Assembly (NCBI GenBank): GCA_049286845.1
Contig: JBAQER010000982.1
Coordinates: forward strand, 1 to 41,762
From: Bradyrhizobium sp.
GTDB lineage: Bacteria > Pseudomonadota > Alphaproteobacteria > Rhizobiales > Xanthobacteraceae
Direction: 5' to 3'
DNA: 41,762 bases
Both the position numbers and the translations under genes were made by a program. How positions within the stretch are numbered: the first letter of the stretch is position 1; each line of letters opens with the position of its first letter. Positions 37,920-41,762 of this stretch are shown here, in pieces. The notes below the pieces were generated by a model that was not told the origin of the DNA, searched no databases, and saw nothing but the letters and a program-made list of their open reading frames with translations.

Positions 37920-37984
37920 TCCATCACCGATCTGGCCGATGAGGTCCCGATTCGGGGCCTCGATCGTTCAACGAGGAGAAGCCG

Positions 37985-38542
37985 GTGGCTGAGAGTCATG
38001 GCAACGCCAAGGGCGCGACGGCCCACACGGCGGCAGAGGGCGGCCACAAAGCCCCGTTTCCGCCGTTCCAGAAGGACACCTTTGCTTCGCAGCTGGTGTC
38101 GCTGCTGATCGCGTTCGTCGCGCTTTACCTGATCGTCTCGCGTATCGCCCTGCCGCGTGTCGGCAAGACGATCGCCGACCGTCAGAACGCGATCGAAGGC
38201 GATCTGGCCGCCGCCCAGAAGCTGAAGGACGAATCCGACAGCGCCCTGAAAGCCTATGAAAGCGAACTGGCCGCAGCCCGTTCGCGCGCCCAGGCGATCG
38301 GTGCCGAGACCCGCGAGAAGCTGAACGCGGCATCGGAAGCCGAACGCAAGGCGCTGGAAGACAAGCTGTCGGTCAAGCTGGCTGGAGCTGAAAAGACCAT
38401 CGCGGCAACGCGCGAGACCGCGATGAGCAACGTTCGCGGCATCGCCGCCGAGGCGGCCGCCGCGATCGTGCAGCGTCTGACCGGCGTGATGCCCGACGGC
38501 AAGGCGGTGAATTCTGCCGTTGATGCGTCGTTGAAGGGATAA
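37985..38542 (+). CDS. F0 ATP synthase subunit b'
   Basis: GTG start with GAGGAG RBS, FPPF..TFASQL, a TM followed by a coiled coil. Confidence 0.93.
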   Translation: MAESHGNAKGATAHTAAEGGHKAPFPPFQKDTFASQLVSLLIAFVALYLIVSRIALPRVGKTIADRQNAIEGDLAAAQKLKDESDSALKAYESELAAARSRAQAIGAETREKLNAASEAERKALEDKLSVKLAGAEKTIAATRETAMSNVRGIAAEAAAAIVQRLTGVMPDGKAVNSAVDASLKG

Positions 38543-38547
38543 GGTCT

Positions 38548-39033
38548 ATGTTCGCCGAAGCGGAAACCTGGGTCGCCATTGCCTTTGTCATCCTGATGGC
38601 GCTGTTTGCCTATCTCGGCATCCATCGCACGGTCTTGAAGGCGCTCGATCATCGCGGCGAGCGCATCAAGGCCGAACTCGACGACGCCCGCCGGCTCAAG
38701 GACGAGGCCGCCAAACTGCTGGCGGAATACAAAGCCCGCCACGCCAAGGCGGAAGGCGAAGCGCAGGAGATCATCGCTTCCGCCAAGGCCGAAGCCGAGC
38801 GCATCGCGGCCGAAGCCAAGACCAAGATGGAAGATTTCGTCGCCCGGCGCACCAAGACCGCCGAGGGCAAGATCGCGCTTGCCGAAGCCCAGGCGGTCGC
38901 CGATGTTCGTGCCGCGGCGGCCAACGCCGCGGTGACGGCGGCTTCCACCATCCTGTCGCAGTCGGTCAAGGGCCAGGTCGCCGACGATCTCTTGGCCAAG
39001 GGCATCGCCGAAGTTAAGGCCAAGCTGAACTAA
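38548..39033 (+). CDS. atpF: F0 ATP synthase subunit b
   Basis: [25 protein letters not shown] coiled coil. Confidence 0.94.
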   Translation: MFAEAETWVAIAFVILMALFAYLGIHRTVLKALDHRGERIKAELDDARRLKDEAAKLLAEYKARHAKAEGEAQEIIASAKAEAERIAAEAKTKMEDFVARRTKTAEGKIALAEAQAVADVRAAAANAAVTAASTILSQSVKGQVADDLLAKGIAEVKAKLN

Positions 39034-39047
39034 CGGGTTTCAGTCGC

Positions 39048-39090
39048 AACAAAAAAGCCGGCGCGAGATGATCGCGCCGGCTTTTTTGTT
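39048..39090. terminator. Bidirectional intrinsic terminator
   Basis: AACAAAAAAGCCGGCGCGA-GATGA-TCGCGCCGGCTTTTTTGTT. Confidence 0.9.
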
Positions 39091-39178
39091 GGGATCCCCC
39101 CGCCCCGCTGCGGCGTGCTGGATGCCCCGGATGCGCGGGGCATGACGACTCTTGCGGGGTAGGCAATACGCCAGGCGT

Positions 39179-39847
39179 CTACTTCTTCTTCGCCCGCGGC
39201 TTCGGCTCGGGCTTCAGCGCCTGCGGATCGAAGCCGATATAGAAGACGTAGGTGTCGCCGACCGCACCCGATGGCGCCGGATAAACCATATCCTCGGCCA
39301 CCAGAGTGAACGGCACGCTGCCGTCCTCGGACATCGATACCGAGGTCCGGTAGGCCTTGGTGGCGATCGTCTTTTCCTGCACGCCGGACTGCACCACCGC
39401 CACACGCAGCGGGATTTCGACGCTGGCCGGCGCCCCGGCCGGACCGGCGATGACGCGGCCCTGAATGCCGATCCGTGCAGTGATCTCGCCGCTGTTATAG
39501 GAGCAATCGCGCGCGGTGCGGGTGATGGTCGCCTGGAAGCGCAGGTCGTTGCCGACCGGCTGCTTGCCCGGCGTGGCGACCTGATAGGTGGAGGCGCCGG
39601 CGCGAATGCTGACCGGGGGACAGAAGAGACCGCTCGGGGCTTCATCTGCTTTCGGCGGGGCTCCCTCGGCGGGGGCCTGCTCCGACTTGCTGCCGAACAG
39701 GCTCTTGAAGCGATCGGTGAGCGACTGCGACGATGCCGGCGAGGCGAGCATGTTGCAGCCCATTGCGAATGAGATCGCAGCCACGATCGCGGTCCGACGA
39801 GACCAGCCCGGCCGCGCGGCCGTCATGATCACAGGCTTATCCTCCAT
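39179..39847 (-). CDS. Conserved exported hypothetical protein
   Basis: Signal-like N-terminus, CPPVSIRAGA, RFQATITRTARDC, YIGFD; start uncertain. Confidence 0.8.
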   Translation of the reverse strand: MEDKPVIMTAARPGWSRRTAIVAAISFAMGCNMLASPASSQSLTDRFKSLFGSKSEQAPAEGAPPKADEAPSGLFCPPVSIRAGASTYQVATPGKQPVGNDLRFQATITRTARDCSYNSGEITARIGIQGRVIAGPAGAPASVEIPLRVAVVQSGVQEKTIATKAYRTSVSMSEDGSVPFTLVAEDMVYPAPSGAVGDTYVFYIGFDPQALKPEPKPRAKKK

Positions 39848-40044
39848 GCGACGTCCCCTGGCATATTCCGTGTTCTGACGTTTGTCCCCGAGCCTCGGTC
39901 CTGACCGGATCAGAACCGCAGCTCCAGTCTCTATTTCTGTCGCGTCCTTACGCGAACCGGCAGCCACTTCGCTCGAAAACGCTCCGCCTTATAGCAGGGC
40001 AATGGCGGCGAACCAAAGGCGCCCAAAAGGCGCATGAACCGGGA

Positions 40045-40632
40045 TTAGCCGCGAAAATCCTCATGCAGCAGGCCGAACAGAAGGTGGTCCTGCCAAACAC
40101 CGTTGATGCAGAGATAGCGCCGCGCCAGGCCTTCGCGGGTGAAGCCGCATTTCTCCAGCACCCGGATCGACGGCGCATTGGAGGGGATGCAGGCGGCCTC
40201 GATGCGATGCAGATTGAGCTCACCGAACAGCGACGGCAGCAGCACCCGCAGCGCCGCCGTCATGTAGCCACGATGGGCATGGGGTTCTCCGACCCAGTAG
40301 CCGATGGTGCCGGCCTGCACGATGCCGCGCCGCACATTCGCCAGCGTCACGCCACCGATCATGGCGCCGTCGGACTCCCGGAACACGATAAAGGGATAGG
40401 AACGGTCGGCCGCAATGTCTTCGGCATAGCGGCGCAACCTTCGCCGGAAACCGGAGCGCGTCAGGTCGTCGGACGGCCAGATCGGCTCCCACGGCGTCAG
40501 GTAGGCCCGGCTCGATTCGCGCAGCTGCGCCCATTGCGGGAAATCGGACATTTGCGGCGCGCGAAGCAACAGGCCATGGCCGCGCGGGGCGAGCGCGGCC
40601 GGTCCGCTGGATGGCAAACGAAACAGGGCCAT
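40045..40632 (-). CDS. rimJ: RimJ/RimL-family GNAT N-acetyltransferase
   Basis: LTPWEP, IGYWVG...RGYMT.AL, LHRIEAACIPSN..S.RVLEKCGF..EG, INGVWQDH. Confidence 0.88.
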   Translation of the reverse strand: MALFRLPSSGPAALAPRGHGLLLRAPQMSDFPQWAQLRESSRAYLTPWEPIWPSDDLTRSGFRRRLRRYAEDIAADRSYPFIVFRESDGAMIGGVTLANVRRGIVQAGTIGYWVGEPHAHRGYMTAALRVLLPSLFGELNLHRIEAACIPSNAPSIRVLEKCGFTREGLARRYLCINGVWQDHLLFGLLHEDFRG

Positions 40633-40686
40633 GCCTTAAAACTCCCCCTGCCCGAACCCCGACGCCGCAAGCGTCAAAACAACGGG

Positions 40687-41762
40687 CTAATGCAGCAGCG
40701 CCTTGGCCTTCGACCGGGTCAATCCTTCCGCAAAACCCACCGCCGTGTCCAGACCCCTGCCGCTGCCGAGTGCCACCACCGCCGGCCGGCTGCGCGACAG
40801 CAGGGCGCGCGCGGCGTTTCGCGTCGATTCCATGCTGACCGCGTCGATCCGGGCCACCAACTCTTCCACCGTCAGCGGGCGGCCATAGGCCAGAATGTGG
40901 CGGGCCAACTGCTCGGCGCGCGAGGAGCAGCTTTCCAGCGCCATCAACAGCCCCGCCTTCATCTGCGCCTTGGCGCGCGCGATCTCGGCTTCGGTCAGCG
41001 TCTCGACGGCGTCGTTGATGACGTCGACGATCACTTCCATCATCTCGGGCGCATCGCCCGGGTCGGTGCCGGTATAGAGCCCGAAGAAGCCGGTATCGGC
41101 ATAGGGCGCATGGAAGGTGTAGATCGAATAGCACAGCCCGCGCTTTTCGCGCACTTCCTGGAACAGCCGCGACGACATCCCGCCGCCCAGCGTGTTGGTG
41201 AACACCTGCAGCGAGAACAGCGACAGATCGGTCTGCGGCACCCCCTCGAGCGCCAGCGTCAGGTGCGCCTGCTCGAGGTCGCGATGCACCACGCGGGAGC
41301 CGCCCTTGCCGAACATCGCGGCTTGCGGCTTGGGTGCGGCCGGGCCTTCGAAGCTGGCGAAGCGCTGCGTCACTTCCTCCACCACCCGCTTGTGATCGAC
41401 CGCGCCGGCGGCCGCCACCACCATGTCCGGAGCGCGATAATGGGTCGACAGGTAGCCGCGCAGCGTATCGCGATTGAACCCCTTCAGGGTCTTTGCCGTT
41501 CCCAATAGAGAGCGGCCCATCGGCTGATCCGGGAAACACAGCTCGTTGAGATGTTCGAACACCACGTCGTCGGGTGTATCCTGCGCGGCGCCGATCTCCT
41601 GCACGATGACGCTCTTCTCACGCTCGAGTTCATCCGGCACGAAAGACGGATTGGCGAGAATGTCGGAGAGCACGTCCAGCGCCAGCGGCACGTCGGCCTT
41701 CATCACCCGGGCGTAATAGGCCGTGGTCTCGGTCGAGGTGCCGGCGTTGAGATCGCCGCCGA
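40687..41762 (-). CDS. M16 (pitrilysin/MPP-like) zinc peptidase, 5' end outside window
   Basis: Frame open to the window edge (GGDLNAGTSTETTAYYARV), LGGGMSSRLFQEVREKRGLCYSI. Confidence 0.93.
   Translation of the reverse strand, partial: GGDLNAGTSTETTAYYARVMKADVPLALDVLSDILANPSFVPDELEREKSVIVQEIGAAQDTPDDVVFEHLNELCFPDQPMGRSLLGTAKTLKGFNRDTLRGYLSTHYRAPDMVVAAAGAVDHKRVVEEVTQRFASFEGPAAPKPQAAMFGKGGSRVVHRDLEQAHLTLALEGVPQTDLSLFSLQVFTNTLGGGMSSRLFQEVREKRGLCYSIYTFHAPYADTGFFGLYTGTDPGDAPEMMEVIVDVINDAVETLTEAEIARAKAQMKAGLLMALESCSSRAEQLARHILAYGRPLTVEELVARIDAVSMESTRNAARALLSRSRPAVVALGSGRGLDTAVGFAEGLTRSKAKALLH

Noticed and set aside
39092..39150. Short palindromic remnant CTGGATGCCCCG..CGGGGCATGACG
   Set aside because: Looks like a partial common REP-type intergenic repeat; too degraded to delimit and not unusual
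163..41539. Long antisense or alternate-frame ORFs (e.g. 163..921, 17390..18604, 19836..20981, 29002..30987, 32679..34340, 40063..41508)
   Set aside because: Shadow ORFs of high-GC genes; Arg/Gly-rich and lacking motifs

Overview
High-GC alphaproteobacterial DNA, with gene content and order typical of Bradyrhizobium/Nitrobacteraceae. The window has two parts. (1) 1-12323 is the right end of an integrated phage-related element bounded by a 49-bp 3' fragment of tRNA-Thr(GGT). Right to left it encodes a tyrosine integrase, an excisionase/AlpA-like HTH, an unknown protein, a Prim-Pol/PriCT-2/AAA primase-helicase followed by an iteron-like origin, an HGGxSTG protein, a coupled small protein, a double-HTH protein, a serine recombinase and a secreted Cys-rich protein. 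It then runs directly into two tandem tail-fibre/tailspike genes that share a 67-aa N-terminal anchor but have unrelated C-termini. No repressor, large terminase, portal or capsid gene is visible, so this looks like a satellite (PICI-like) backbone carrying its own receptor-binding proteins, unless structural genes lie left of the window. (2) 12344-41762 is host chromosome: small secreted proteins (one Rap1a/Tai-like), an Omp25/RopB-type gene plus a truncated paralog, an MCP, an MBL hydrolase, and hemA with FixK/FNR and ICE-like boxes. Next comes a CrbS/CrbR-type carboxylate-uptake cluster that includes an exonuclease-CBS-DUF294 nucleotidyltransferase fusion, a DUF4212 protein with a Na+/solute symporter, and an MFS transporter. 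The window ends with yjbQ, the F0 ATP synthase operon, a RimJ-like GNAT and a partial M16 peptidase. All family calls come from motif recognition by eye; no searches were run.
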